From NCBI GenBank assembly GCA_019057475.1, contig DXJO01000020.1:64001-128000 (forward strand): a stretch of DNA of 64,000 bases. Direction: 5' to 3'. Each line of letters starts with the position of its first letter. Position 1 is the stretch's first letter. This DNA is from Candidatus Thorarchaeota archaeon. Its GTDB lineage: Archaea > Asgardarchaeota > Thorarchaeia > Thorarchaeales > Thorarchaeaceae. The notes under the pieces were generated by a model that worked only from the letters and a program-made list of their open reading frames with translations, did not search any database and had not been told where the DNA came from. This document shows, one piece after another, positions 36,404 to 51,033 of the stretch. Position numbers and translations under genes: made by a program.

Positions 36404-36940
36404 CTAACTCAGGAATTCTGTCACATCATTGACAGATAATCTAGGTCTAGGTTTTGGATTTGCATCTGACCATCCCACAGTTATTGCCGCAAGTAGTTTC
36501 CAAGGTTTCTTGAAATAGTCAACGATACCTTCAGATGTATAAAGGATATCCCCAATCCAACAGGTTCCAAGTCCAAGTGCATGAGCTTTCAATAATAGAT
36601 TTTGAATTGCTGCAGATACACTGTGAATCTCAGTGGACCATCCGAGCTTGTTCGTATTCCAAACCACAATGACCACTGGAGCTTCTTTCATCATTGTGCA
36701 TGAGCCATATGAAGAACCCACATCAAAGGTTAGTTTGTCAAGTTCACTTCTGTACATGTCCGTAAATTTGTCCTTAGATTCACCAGTAAGCACAGTGAAT
36801 CTCCATTGCTGACCATTCTTGGCACTGGGCGCGAATGTTGCCGCTTCGATAATTTCTCTGACTAAATCCTCCTTTACTTCATCTTTCTTGTATGTTCTAA
36901 TACTTCGACGTCCCTTGATAGCCTCATCAATACTCATCAT
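36404..36940 (-). CDS. Nitroreductase family protein
   Basis: RRSIR, APSAKNGQQWRF and QNLLLKAHALGLGTCW. Confidence 0.93.
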   Translation of the reverse strand: MMSIDEAIKGRRSIRTYKKDEVKEDLVREIIEAATFAPSAKNGQQWRFTVLTGESKDKFTDMYRSELDKLTFDVGSSYGSCTMMKEAPVVIVVWNTNKLGWSTEIHSVSAAIQNLLLKAHALGLGTCWIGDILYTSEGIVDYFKKPWKLLAAITVGWSDANPKPRPRLSVNDVTEFLS

Positions 36941-36941
36941 G

Positions 36942-37928
36942 TCATTCAACACCTTCAGGAAGATGAACCAAGAAACTGCACTCCAAGTCGCCTTTGAGCA
37001 CTGACTTTACAACTTCCACTTCCAAGGGCTGATCCAAAGCTACCTCCCAAGGCTGCTTAGTGAAACCTGCACTACAATAGCAAAATGTGGGCGAAACCTC
37101 GATATCTCCAGCCTTGATAGATTCTCTGGCCCATGGACAGTGACAGCAATAGTATCGTTTCATCATCTCGTCAGTTTCTGCAAGATACTCCTTGGTCATA
37201 TATGGAATCTTTGTGTGATAGATTATGTTACCTTTTCGCACACCGGTCAGAATTTCCGGTCGGCTCTTAACGAAGTCAATCACCTCATCAGTAATCTCTT
37301 GATTGAAGAAAGGCGTCCCCTCATCCCTATGCTTCTCCAACTGAGCAATCGCCTTCGCTCGCCTTCTTTCTAGGTATTCATCGATATTCTTAGCCTTGAG
37401 GTATTCGTGTCTCTTCTCGAGATGGTACTCCTTTGGTATCCCATGGGCAACTTCAGACAGGACTTTCTTGCACGTTTCAGCGTCAACTACGGCTTCCAGC
37501 TTATCCATTACAGCTTGTGTGATCTTGGGTTTCTGAGAGGGCGGCAAACCCAGCGGCGGCAGTTCGATTCCATTGAAGACTTCATCCCGTTTCTCTTCGC
37601 CAGCAATAACACCCAGCTTCTCATAGAGTACGTCTATGACATCGCCTCCATCGATCAACCCAAGAAACGACACGTAGATGTCATTATTCTTCACAAAGAG
37701 TCCATATCCAGTCAATGCAGCAAGGTTGTCGTATGTATTCGCTCCTTCTTTGATTAGCACGGTCGAGAACTTCACTACCTCTTCTGATGTCGCTGACTCG
37801 AGCGTCTTTGGCTGGTCAAGGCTTTTCAGGAAGTCTTCGAACTTCTCTGCGATTGAGATAGACTGCATAGTCTGATCTTCAGAGCCTTTTCGTTCTTGTA
37901 GAAATCTACGAAATCCTTCTTTGTCCAA
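36942..37928 (-). CDS. Cys-rich hypothetical protein (DUF6144/V4R-like C-terminus)
   Basis: YYCCHCPW, FCYCSAGF and SVLKGD..C.F. Confidence 0.75.
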   Translation of the reverse strand: MDKEGFRRFLQERKGSEDQTMQSISIAEKFEDFLKSLDQPKTLESATSEEVVKFSTVLIKEGANTYDNLAALTGYGLFVKNNDIYVSFLGLIDGGDVIDVLYEKLGVIAGEEKRDEVFNGIELPPLGLPPSQKPKITQAVMDKLEAVVDAETCKKVLSEVAHGIPKEYHLEKRHEYLKAKNIDEYLERRRAKAIAQLEKHRDEGTPFFNQEITDEVIDFVKSRPEILTGVRKGNIIYHTKIPYMTKEYLAETDEMMKRYYCCHCPWARESIKAGDIEVSPTFCYCSAGFTKQPWEVALDQPLEVEVVKSVLKGDLECSFLVHLPEGVE

Positions 37929-38096
37929 CTGTTTTACCTTCCATCTGGGCCTGCTGGCACCCTATTTGCCCTAATCAAGACAAGGGTCATAGCAAGTCTG
38001 GATAGGTCGGAACAAAGGTTTCCAGCCCGAGATATTTCTAGCACTTATGCCAGTATTACTAGGAGTTTTAGTACTCAACTCAGACACGCATTACTG

Positions 38097-38396
38097 GTGG
38101 AAAGCCATTTGAGAGCAATAGAGAATAAGGTCAAGCGTGGTCTCCGTGAGAAGGGCATTCCATGTCAATCGGCCTTCAGAATGCCAGACATGGAGGATTA
38201 CAGAGTCTTGCTCTCTTTCAATTCAAAGGACAGTCAACGCCTAACAACCATGAGAATAAAGAGGGCACTCAACTCTCTTGGTATCGGGGAGTTCAAAGTG
38301 CCTACAGACTTTCGAAGACTGAGCGCATCATTCCTACACCTCGAGGTTGTGCTTGGGGCACGTACGGAGCGTTCAATCACACCAACTGCACGCTAG
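38097..38396 (+). CDS. Hypothetical protein
   Basis: 99-aa ORF filling the gap upstream of the SDR gene. Confidence 0.55.
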   Translation: MESHLRAIENKVKRGLREKGIPCQSAFRMPDMEDYRVLLSFNSKDSQRLTTMRIKRALNSLGIGEFKVPTDFRRLSASFLHLEVVLGARTERSITPTAR

Positions 38397-38455
38397 ATGA
38401 CTTCCGTAGCAGTGATATAGCACCTGTTTTTAGGATGCATTGGTGAAGCAAAGTC

Positions 38456-39223
38456 ATGGATCTTGGATTGAAGAACAAGACCATTCTTGTAACCGCTGCT
38501 TCTCGTGGTCTTGGCTACGGGGCAGCTAAGGCACTTGTTGAAGAGGGTGCCAAAGTCATAATTTGCGGGCGAACCGAAGAATCTCTGAAGAACGCTATTG
38601 CATCATTGGGTCCCAATTCACAATACTTCGTGGCTGATGTCTCCAAATCAGAAGATATCACAGAACTGATCGGTCACGTGAAACAAGCCACTCCGAAGCT
38701 AGACGGCCTATTTGTAAACGCCGGCGGTCCTCCTCCTGGGGCCTTCTCGGACCTATCTGATGAGCATTGGAAATCAGCATTCGAGCTCACTCTGATGAGC
38801 TCTGTTAGACTGACTCGGGAATCTCTCCCACTCCTACGAAATTCGGACTCGCCATCCATTCTATACAGCACCTCAATTTCAGTCAAGGAGCCAATCCAGA
38901 ACCTATTACTCTCAAACGCAATACGTCCTGCGGTTGTTGGAATGATGCGTACAATATCCGATGAAATCGGACCTGAGGGCATCCGTGTCAATGCAATCTG
39001 TCCAGGTTATGTCTACACCAAGCGAGTAGACGAGCTTCTGGCCAAGTCAAAGGAAGGAGGACCTTCCGCCAAGGATGCAATCGAAGCAAGGATTCCTCTG
39101 AAGCGGATGGGCACTCCGGAGGAGTTCGGAGCAGTTTGCGCCTTTCTACTCAGTCCAATGGCAAGCTATGTGCACGGAGCGCTACTACTGGTCGATGGCG
39201 GGCTCTATAGAGGCATGATGTAA
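38456..39223 (+). CDS. Short-chain dehydrogenase/reductase
   Basis: TAASRGLG, NAGGP, RVNAICPG and VDGG. Confidence 0.93.
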   Translation: MDLGLKNKTILVTAASRGLGYGAAKALVEEGAKVIICGRTEESLKNAIASLGPNSQYFVADVSKSEDITELIGHVKQATPKLDGLFVNAGGPPPGAFSDLSDEHWKSAFELTLMSSVRLTRESLPLLRNSDSPSILYSTSISVKEPIQNLLLSNAIRPAVVGMMRTISDEIGPEGIRVNAICPGYVYTKRVDELLAKSKEGGPSAKDAIEARIPLKRMGTPEEFGAVCAFLLSPMASYVHGALLLVDGGLYRGMM

Positions 39224-39228
39224 CTTGA

Positions 39229-40206
39229 TTACAGGCTGAGCCCAAATTCGGTCGGGTCACCTCGGCCAAGAATCAATAGGGCCTTCTTTGCGTAATTGCG
39301 GACCTGCTCATCGGAATCATTTAGCAGTATTTCTAAACTTGCAGCTGCAGGTGGGTAGGGCGATACGCCCATAGCCCAAGCAGCGCTTCGTCTAACATCA
39401 GTTTCAGATGATGTCAGTCGCTCTGCAATTGCTCTAAGGATTATTTCGGACCGTTTCTCAACCAACAGGCGAATCATCCTGACTTGCTCATCTGGAACTG
39501 TGCTTCGCATTACATCCGCTAGTCCCTGCAATGCATGCAAGTCATTCATGTCTCTCAATCCCCGAATCGCCCAATCGCGGACTTGTTCATCATCATCTTC
39601 CAGTGCAGCAAACAAACAATTCACAGAATCTGGGGAACCAATGGTGCTAAGTGCCCATGCGCCCGACTGACGAATTGCAACCTCGGAATCGCCGAGAAGT
39701 GCACAGAGAGCTCCAATACTTTCGCTATCTTCTATCTTCGTCAGGACATACACTGCTTCCTTGCGGAGATTTACATCCTCTGACGAATCTCTAGCAATGT
39801 GTCTCAGCACTCGACCGTATCTCTTGGAATCAGTGCTTGCGAGAATATGAACTGCCCATTTTCTCGCCTGAAACTCCCCGTCCCTATCATTGAGAATCTG
39901 CAGAACCCGATCATTAAGTGAGTCCACTCTGGTCCTGTAGCCTGCTTGAAGCCCCTGCAAACGCACTTTCGGGTCTTGGTCAACAATAGCCAGTTCAACG
40001 ACCATAGTGGCTAACTTGTCGTTCAGAAGGTCAATCAGATCAATTATTCGATATCTTATGTCAGATGTAGTGGCACCCTTCTTCTCTGTGAAGACATCCG
40101 TAAGGAATTCTTCAAACGCTTCCGGGTGCATGTTCATGTACTCTGCAATCTCGCGACGCTTGGTTGCGTCGTAGTCATCCCCTAGGAGTCTTAGCACTGC
40201 AGTCAC
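39229..40206 (-). CDS. HEAT repeat protein
   Basis: Multiple D.D..VR..A..AL repeats. Confidence 0.9.
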   Translation of the reverse strand: MTAVLRLLGDDYDATKRREIAEYMNMHPEAFEEFLTDVFTEKKGATTSDIRYRIIDLIDLLNDKLATMVVELAIVDQDPKVRLQGLQAGYRTRVDSLNDRVLQILNDRDGEFQARKWAVHILASTDSKRYGRVLRHIARDSSEDVNLRKEAVYVLTKIEDSESIGALCALLGDSEVAIRQSGAWALSTIGSPDSVNCLFAALEDDDEQVRDWAIRGLRDMNDLHALQGLADVMRSTVPDEQVRMIRLLVEKRSEIILRAIAERLTSSETDVRRSAAWAMGVSPYPPAAASLEILLNDSDEQVRNYAKKALLILGRGDPTEFGLSL

Positions 40207-40255
40207 AATCCTATCAGCAATGATGCGCCCTTGTTACCTTTTCTCTCATAGCATG

Positions 40256-41260
40256 TTAGTATATCTTGAATGCATCGGCATGTGGCTGTTTCCACTGCTT
40301 CTTGCTTGAATCGAATTTCAAGACCGTATGATACGCCGCCATCTGGAGAGCAATTGCATTTGGTATAGTCTGTGCAAGTGATGTCAACAGTTCTAGATCA
40401 TCATCAGCGTAGAGATGATATGCTTGCATTTTGAGGGTCTTCGTGAGGACGTTCATATACGACACATCATCAGGAGCGACCGGATTGTCAGAAACCAGCA
40501 CTGCGCGATCATCATCGTTAATTGAGAGGGCGTAGTGATGCTGAACCTCTTCCCGTCTACCCAAGATACTCTTCATCAGGGAATACTCATTGAACTTCAT
40601 ATGGCCAATCATCGCTGCAACATAGTTTGGCCCCTCTGATATTAGATAAATGGGTCTTCCAACGTCTATCATCTCAAGAATGGCACTTCCCTTTCTATCA
40701 GCCCAGTCAACAATTTTCTTGCCAAGTGTTTCCAATCGCGTCACGTCATGGTGGAATTGCTCGTCTGCCGCATTTGCCAATCCCCCTGCTACCTTGAGCA
40801 GATAGGCCATGGCGGTGGTTGTGGGCGAAGATGGGCTAATGTTATACGAATTCACCCCGGAACGAGTGATCCAAGCTCGATCAGCGCTCTCCACAGCCTT
40901 TCCCTCCGGGTCATCCGTGAGCACAACAGTCGTGGCTCCTTTCGATTTGGCCAGGTCCAATGCAGCAATCGTGGCAAGACTTCGTCCAGATGCCGTGATC
41001 CCGATGACCACACTCCTCTTATCCAGTGCAATGTGCGACATCTCTGTCGGGGACAAGGATATCGCATTGAGTCCAGCCTTGAGAAATGCCCACTTCCCGT
41101 ACTCAGCTGCTGCGTACGAATCACCGCAGCCTACAAGTACGATGCGCTTTCCATCATTGATGATATCTGTTTCTTCGAGGTCAACACTTGCAAGTGTTTC
41201 AGGTATCGCTTTCCCCTGCTTTTTGATTGCGCCGTAGCATGCATCCAAGAATTTAGTCAT
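40256..41260 (-). CDS. Double SIS-domain sugar isomerase/deaminase
   Basis: GCGDSYAA and ITASGRS; second SIS domain. Confidence 0.88.
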   Translation of the reverse strand: MTKFLDACYGAIKKQGKAIPETLASVDLEETDIINDGKRIVLVGCGDSYAAAEYGKWAFLKAGLNAISLSPTEMSHIALDKRSVVIGITASGRSLATIAALDLAKSKGATTVVLTDDPEGKAVESADRAWITRSGVNSYNISPSSPTTTAMAYLLKVAGGLANAADEQFHHDVTRLETLGKKIVDWADRKGSAILEMIDVGRPIYLISEGPNYVAAMIGHMKFNEYSLMKSILGRREEVQHHYALSINDDDRAVLVSDNPVAPDDVSYMNVLTKTLKMQAYHLYADDDLELLTSLAQTIPNAIALQMAAYHTVLKFDSSKKQWKQPHADAFKIY

Positions 41261-41285
41261 TTGACACTCATTCCTCGTCCTAACT

Positions 41286-41753
41286 TCACATCATGTTGAC
41301 ATTGGGGGCATTGTAACCCAGTTGTCTGAGCAGCCCTACCACTAGTCCCCTGTGATGGGTTTCATGCGTTGCGAGATGCACAAGCGCCTTGGCTACAGTG
41401 AAACTCACAGTCACATCTCCCCACGTAACACTCCTGACGTGTTGGAGCACTCTCTCATTCTGCTCTCTCAAGAACTCTCTGGTTTTCGTTTCCACACTCT
41501 TCCATGCTTCCCGAATACTCTCAGCATCTGCATAGTCCTTGGAGAAGATCTGTTCCGTGGCGATTCCTCTAAGAACATGATCAATCCAATAAATCTCTGT
41601 GTTCACAAGATGTATGAGGATGTCACGTATCGAGTTTCTACCAACACCAAGGTCCTTTGTGAACTCCTCTTGAGAGAGATGTTTCACAGCTTCTAGAAGC
41701 GGCTCCCTGGAGGCAAAGTTGTGCTCCAAGAGCATCTCGATACAAGACAACAT
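41286..41753 (-). CDS. DinB family protein
   Basis: SIRDILIHL..E.YW and HETHHRG. Confidence 0.9.
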   Translation of the reverse strand: MLSCIEMLLEHNFASREPLLEAVKHLSQEEFTKDLGVGRNSIRDILIHLVNTEIYWIDHVLRGIATEQIFSKDYADAESIREAWKSVETKTREFLREQNERVLQHVRSVTWGDVTVSFTVAKALVHLATHETHHRGLVVGLLRQLGYNAPNVNMM

Positions 41754-42082
41754 GATAGGCAGCACATGGAATCTACTTCCTTATCATAATCTCGGTGGGA
41801 CCGAAGATAATAGCTATCGAAGAACAGAAAAGCAATCGATTTCAACTATGATACATGCTCTGGAAGGAATCTGCTGATCAAGTTGCGTCTTCAGGCTTAC
41901 TCTGTGTGATATTCGGCACGTGTATTGGTTTCTTATTCGGATCATCCACTATTGGCTTTGGACCTGCAGTAATGTTCTATCTGCTTGGTATCGGTCTTAT
42001 TACGTATGCAATGTACCTAAGGCAGAATGAATAGAGCGAGATTAGCCCATTCTGTTCGCTTGTATTCCAATCTCAAGAGAAG

Positions 42083-42190
42083 TGGCGCCCCCGCCGGGAT
42101 TCGAACCCGGATCTCAAGAGTTCCGTTTTAGCAATCAAGAGATTACTTGATTGACAGTCTTGAATGCTAACCGGGCTACACTACAGGGGC
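42083..42190 (-). tRNA. tRNA-Asp(GTC) with 31-nt intron (42121-42151)
   Basis: GCCCCTG/CGGGGGC, CAAGA-CTGTCA^C-TCTTG, GCCA. Confidence 0.94.
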
Positions 42191-42527
42191 CCGCATCGCT
42201 CGACCTTCAAAATTCTATTAAACCTGTCGGAACTGCAATGTGATTCCGTGACTATTTCCTAGGATTGCACTTCGAGCGGCAGTTCGGCAAACCTTTTTAC
42301 CCCATGACCCACTATGTGACGTGGCTCTTTTCCGCAGAAGCCATGCTAGAGGGTATGCTATCTAACTTGGTTTCAAGGAAAACCTTTTATGGCCACAAAA
42401 TTTCTCGTCGGTTGCTCACGCAGAACTGCTTCCCACTCATGCATGACCATATGTAGTACTCCGTATGAGTCAGTGCTTTGTGTAAGTACTCGATTTACCG
42501 CGTGTCACATATGGCAAGCAGACGCAC

Positions 42528-42620
42528 GGGCTCGTGGCGCAGACAGGTAGCGCAGCAGGCTTTTAAACTAAAAGTGAAGACACCTGATGGCCGCGGGTTC
42601 AAATCCCGCCGAGCCCGCCA
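42528..42620 (+). tRNA. tRNA-Lys(TTT) with 16-nt intron (42566-42581)
   Basis: GGGCTCG/CGAGCCC, GCAGG-CTTTTA^A-CCTGA, GCCA. Confidence 0.93.
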
Positions 42621-42779
42621 TGTTTCCCGGGCGCAAGAGTGTTGGAGTGATTTTGCTAGAGTGAATAAACGGGGCGGCTATTGCGGCGGAAGATTGAGCT
42701 CGGATTTTCTGGGTCTCATGCGTTGGGAAGCGTGTATTCCAGTAGTAGTACCCCCCGTCCTTCACTAAGGTGCGGTAAC

Positions 42780-45700
42780 ATGGCGGACAATAAGGGTAAG
42801 GACAAGTACTGGCCAGTGATCGAGGCCTTCTTTGACCATTACGGACTGGTAGGCCAACATCTAGATTCGTTCAATCGATTCGTCAGAGAGGAGCTACAGG
42901 ACGTAGTCGATAGTATTGCTCAGCTCAATCCGAAGGTCGAGGGATACACAGTTCAACTCGGCAGGATAACCATAGAGTCTCCCACTGTCCGGGAGGCTGA
43001 TGGCAGTGAGCATGCACTCTACCCCAATGAGGCTCGCATTCGAAACTTAACTTATGCAAGCAAGCTCTTCCTTGAGTGCACCCCCGTCCGCAAGGAGGGC
43101 TCAGTCACCACGCGGCTTGAAACTCTGCCGATTTACATCGGCAACTTGCCAATTATGCTCCGAAGTGAGAAGTGCCTTCTCCATGGCATGTCAGAAGAAG
43201 AGCTGATACAGCATTGTGAGGATCCAAAGGACCCCGGCGGGTACTTCATCATTAATGGTTCAGAGCGTGTGCTAGTCACGCAAGAGGATTTGGCGCCAAA
43301 CCGAATACTAATTGATGAGGCCAGCAAGAGCTCGAGCTACACACATGTTGCCAAGGTATTCTCAACCTCCAGAGGATTTCGTGCTCCAGTGACCATTGAG
43401 AGAAAGAGAAGTGGGGAGCTTCGCGTGTCATTTCCGTCAGTTCCAGGCAAGATTCCCTTGGCGATTCTTCTGAAAGCTCTTGGCTTGGAGTCTGATAGAG
43501 AGATTGTCGACGTAATCTCAGATGATGAAGAGATACGCAACGAGCTAATTGTGACTATAGAGCAGTCTTCGCCAATCAATGCTCTTATGGATGATGAAGA
43601 TGGCTCCACTCGAAGCAACGCATTGGATTTCATAGGAAAGCGTGTTGCTGTGGGCCAGACCAAGGAATATCGGTTAGCTAGAGCAGAGAAAGTGCTTGAC
43701 AGATACCTATTACCACATATCGGAACCGAAGATAAACACCGCCTTCAGAAGGCTTACTACTTGGGTCAGATGGTGGAACGACTGCTCGAACTAGTCTTGA
43801 GCAAGCGCCAGCCAGATGACAAGGATCATTATTCCAACAAGCGACTAAAACTCTCAGGAGATCTTCTCATGTCCCTGTTCAGAGTAGCTCTCTACTCTTT
43901 GACTCGCGACATCAAATATCAGCTCGAGCGCACGGCTGTTCGTGGTCGCAAGCCGAACATTCGCACTGCAGTCCGGGCTGATGTTATTACTCAGAGAATG
44001 AAGCATGCTCTTGCCACAGGCAACTGGGTCGGCGGAAAGGCTGGTGTGTCTCAGCTACTTGACCGTACCAACTACATCTCATCGCTTTCTCATCTTAGAA
44101 GAGTAGTTTCACCTCTCTCGCGGTCACAACCGCACTTTGAGGCGCGAGATCTGCATTCGACTCACTGGGGGAAGATATGTCCCAATGAAACGCCAGAAGG
44201 TCCAAACTGTGGTCTTGTGAAGAATATCGCCATGATGGCGTACATCTCCGTTGGTACTGAGGAGGAAGCAGTAGAACGCGCTCTACTCAAGAGTGAAGTA
44301 GAATCGATTGAAACTCTGAAGGGCAAGCGCGGCTCGAAGTGGGCTGATGTGTTCCTGAATGGCCGTCTTGTAGGAATCCACCCAGCTCCTCTGGTTCTTG
44401 TTAAGGCCATGCGCCAGAAGCGTCGTGCTGGTGAGATAGATCAAGAAACCAACATTGCCTACTATGACGGTATTAATGAAGTTCAAGTAAATTGCGATGC
44501 AGGTCGTGTCAGGCGTCCGCTAATAGTTGTTGAGAATGGCAAAAGTCGTCTCACCAATGAACACCTTAAAATGGTTGTAGAAGACGAATGGGGTTTTCCA
44601 GACCTGATGCGGAACGGAGCAGTCGAATTCATAGATGCTGAGGAAGAGGAGAACACCCTAATCGCAATGTATCCAGATGATATTGGTCCTAAGACGACAC
44701 ATATGGAGATTGTTCCGTCAACAATTCTCGGTATCTCTGCAGCACTGATTCCATTCCCTGAGCGGAACCAATCGCCTCGTAACGTGTACATGGCAGGCAT
44801 GGCAAAGCAGTCCGTAGGTGTGCCAGCGGCCAACTTCAATTTTAGGACTGACACTCGTGCGCACTTCTTCCACTATCCACAGGTACCTCTTATCAAGACT
44901 CGCGCCATGAATTCAATCGGGTTCGAAGAACGTCCCGCTGGGCAAAACTTCGTGGTTGCAATCCTGTCATTCGAGGGCTACAACATCGAAGATGCCCTGA
45001 TTCTGAACAAGGCCTCTGTTGAGAGAGGGCTGGGCAGAAGCACCTTCTGCAGAGTTTATGAGAGCGAAGAACGCAAGTATCCTGGTGGGCAGGAAGACAA
45101 GTTTGAGATTCCAGATCGAAGTGTTCGAGGCTACAGAGCATCCGAGTCATACCGTAACCTAGGTGAGGATGGAATAATTGAAACCGAGGTTGAGGTTCTG
45201 GGCGGCGATGTACTGATAGGGCGAACCTCTCCACCACGCTTCCTTGAGGAATATTCAGAGTTCGAGATTGCCTCTCCCAACCGACGAGAAACTTCTGTTG
45301 CTGTACGCCACGGAGAGTCTGGAGTCGTAGACAGTGTCATTCTCACTGAAACCATTGATGGTAATCGACTGGTGAAGGTAAAGGTCCGAGACCTCCGGAT
45401 TCCAGAACTAGGCGATAAGTATGCTTCGCGTCACGGACAGAAGGGCATCATTGGCCATATAGTTCCTCAGGCAGACATTCCATTCACTGAAGACGGTGTT
45501 GTGCCTGATCTGATTCTGAATCCTCATGCCATTCCAAGCCGAATGACAATCGGTCAGATTCTGGAGATGATTGCTGGAAAGGCAGCATCAATGCATGGTG
45601 AACAGCAAGACGCAACACCATTCTGCGGTGTTTCCGAGGAGGAGCTGTTCAAGATACTAAGAAATCATGGTCTGCAGCATAACGGCCGCGAAACTATGTA

Positions 45701-46148
45701 CTCCGGTATCACCGGCGAGAAACTCAGAGTTGACATATTCATCGGTGTAATCTACTATCAAAAGCTCCACCATATGGTGGCAGACAAGATACATGCCCGC
45801 GCCAGGGGCCCCGTACAGATTCTCACACGCCAGCCCACGGAGGGAAGAGCGAGAGAAGGTGGTCTCAGGTTCGGTGAGATGGAGCGAGATGTTCTAATCG
45901 GTCACGGTGCAGCTATCCTGTTGAAAGGCAGGCTACTCGATGAATCGGACAAGAGCAACATGCTGGTCTGTGAGGACTGCGGTTTAATTGGTGTCTACGA
46001 CCGCAACAAGGATACGTACTACTGTCCGATTTGCGGCACCAACGCCAAAATCAGTAGCGTGGTTGTGTCGTATGCTTTCAAACTGTTAATACAAGAAATG
46101 ATGTCGCTTGGACTTGCCTGTAGGCTGCGACTCAAGGAGATGATCTAA
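42780..46148 (+). CDS. rpoB: RNA polymerase subunit B (Rpo2, unsplit)
   Basis: ATG 42780; GGYFIINGSE, GDKYASRHGQKG and GGLRFGEMERD. Confidence 0.98.
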   Translation: MADNKGKDKYWPVIEAFFDHYGLVGQHLDSFNRFVREELQDVVDSIAQLNPKVEGYTVQLGRITIESPTVREADGSEHALYPNEARIRNLTYASKLFLECTPVRKEGSVTTRLETLPIYIGNLPIMLRSEKCLLHGMSEEELIQHCEDPKDPGGYFIINGSERVLVTQEDLAPNRILIDEASKSSSYTHVAKVFSTSRGFRAPVTIERKRSGELRVSFPSVPGKIPLAILLKALGLESDREIVDVISDDEEIRNELIVTIEQSSPINALMDDEDGSTRSNALDFIGKRVAVGQTKEYRLARAEKVLDRYLLPHIGTEDKHRLQKAYYLGQMVERLLELVLSKRQPDDKDHYSNKRLKLSGDLLMSLFRVALYSLTRDIKYQLERTAVRGRKPNIRTAVRADVITQRMKHALATGNWVGGKAGVSQLLDRTNYISSLSHLRRVVSPLSRSQPHFEARDLHSTHWGKICPNETPEGPNCGLVKNIAMMAYISVGTEEEAVERALLKSEVESIETLKGKRGSKWADVFLNGRLVGIHPAPLVLVKAMRQKRRAGEIDQETNIAYYDGINEVQVNCDAGRVRRPLIVVENGKSRLTNEHLKMVVEDEWGFPDLMRNGAVEFIDAEEEENTLIAMYPDDIGPKTTHMEIVPSTILGISAALIPFPERNQSPRNVYMAGMAKQSVGVPAANFNFRTDTRAHFFHYPQVPLIKTRAMNSIGFEERPAGQNFVVAILSFEGYNIEDALILNKASVERGLGRSTFCRVYESEERKYPGGQEDKFEIPDRSVRGYRASESYRNLGEDGIIETEVEVLGGDVLIGRTSPPRFLEEYSEFEIASPNRRETSVAVRHGESGVVDSVILTETIDGNRLVKVKVRDLRIPELGDKYASRHGQKGIIGHIVPQADIPFTEDGVVPDLILNPHAIPSRMTIGQILEMIAGKAASMHGEQQDATPFCGVSEEELFKILRNHGLQHNGRETMYSGITGEKLRVDIFIGVIYYQKLHHMVADKIHARARGPVQILTRQPTEGRAREGGLRFGEMERDVLIGHGAAILLKGRLLDESDKSNMLVCEDCGLIGVYDRNKDTYYCPICGTNAKISSVVVSYAFKLLIQEMMSLGLACRLRLKEMI

Positions 46149-50007
<3,859 letters not shown>

Positions 50008-50136
50008 GCTATCTGAGGCGATACTAGCGCATCAATCAATGTTACAATGCGGAAACATTAAAACAGAAGTTAGTTTGACGAGATTGTTTCTGGGTTTATC
50101 AAGAAGCCGCATCAATACAAAATGAGGTTATGACCA

Positions 50137-50430
50137 TTGAGCCTGAATCAACCGATTGCAAGTGCAGTAAGCACAGGTGAGTGTCGCATAGGAGCAAAGT
50201 CCTCCATCGATGCGATAAAGAGCGGTGCTGCAAAACTAGTTGTGGTTGCTGCAAATTGTCCGAAGAATGAATACGCGGACATTGAAACCTACGCACAACT
50301 TGCTGAGGTCAAGGTGCTAGAGTTTGAAGGCACATCATGGGATTTGGGAGAGGTCATAGGCAAACCCTTCATGGTATCAGCTATTGCTGTGATAAAGCCG
50401 GGCGATTCCAAGATTTTGAAGGCTGTTTGA
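50137..50430 (+). CDS. rpl30e: Ribosomal protein L30e
   Basis: KLVVVAANCP and LGEVIGKPF...PGDSKI. Confidence 0.95.
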   Translation: MSLNQPIASAVSTGECRIGAKSSIDAIKSGAAKLVVVAANCPKNEYADIETYAQLAEVKVLEFEGTSWDLGEVIGKPFMVSAIAVIKPGDSKILKAV

Positions 50431-50441
50431 GGCGATTCATA

Positions 50442-50876
50442 TTGCCCCGAGTCAGACTCTCGATGGATGACATGGCTCTCATTGCCACGTTCGAACGCAT
50501 CACTGGGGCCTCCGCGGTGGATGTGGTTCGGGATGACGAGGGTGATCGACTGATCTTCATTGTGCGCCCAAAACAGCTCGGCAAAGCCATTGGTCGTGGT
50601 GGTGCAAACGTCAAGGCAGCGGCTGACGTCTTCGGCAGGCCTATCGACATTGTTGAGATAGCTGAAACTGCAGAGGAGTTTGTGAAGAAGGCGCTTGCCC
50701 CCGCCCGAGTTGAACAAGTGAAACTCGTTCGCCACAAGAATGGAAACACGATTGCCACAGTTACAGTCAAACAAGCGGACAGAGGCATTGCCATTGGACG
50801 AGAGGGTCGGAATATCGCCCGTGCTCGAATATTAGCCAAGCGTCACTTTGACGTGACCAATGTGACAATTGCATAA
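50442..50876 (+). CDS. nusA: Archaeal NusA (KH domains)
   Basis: AIGRGG and AIGREG KH motifs; TTG start at 50442. Confidence 0.93.
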   Translation: MPRVRLSMDDMALIATFERITGASAVDVVRDDEGDRLIFIVRPKQLGKAIGRGGANVKAAADVFGRPIDIVEIAETAEEFVKKALAPARVEQVKLVRHKNGNTIATVTVKQADRGIAIGREGRNIARARILAKRHFDVTNVTIA

Positions 50877-51033
50877 GGGACCTGACGCACTCAGAGGCCG
50901 TTTCGCAGCAATATTCAATGAGATTGCCCTGGTTGTGTCATAACGCTTTTAAGCATACAACAGGCGGATGCCGTGACCACACGTAGAGAGCACTATGAAT
51001 GGTGGTCCCATTATCACCACAGAGGCGAATTAT

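Noticed and set aside
42670-42770. 5S rRNA (GCGGCTATTGCGGCGG resembles its 5' end)
   Set aside because: The conserved CCGAAC and GAAGTTAAG segments are missing.
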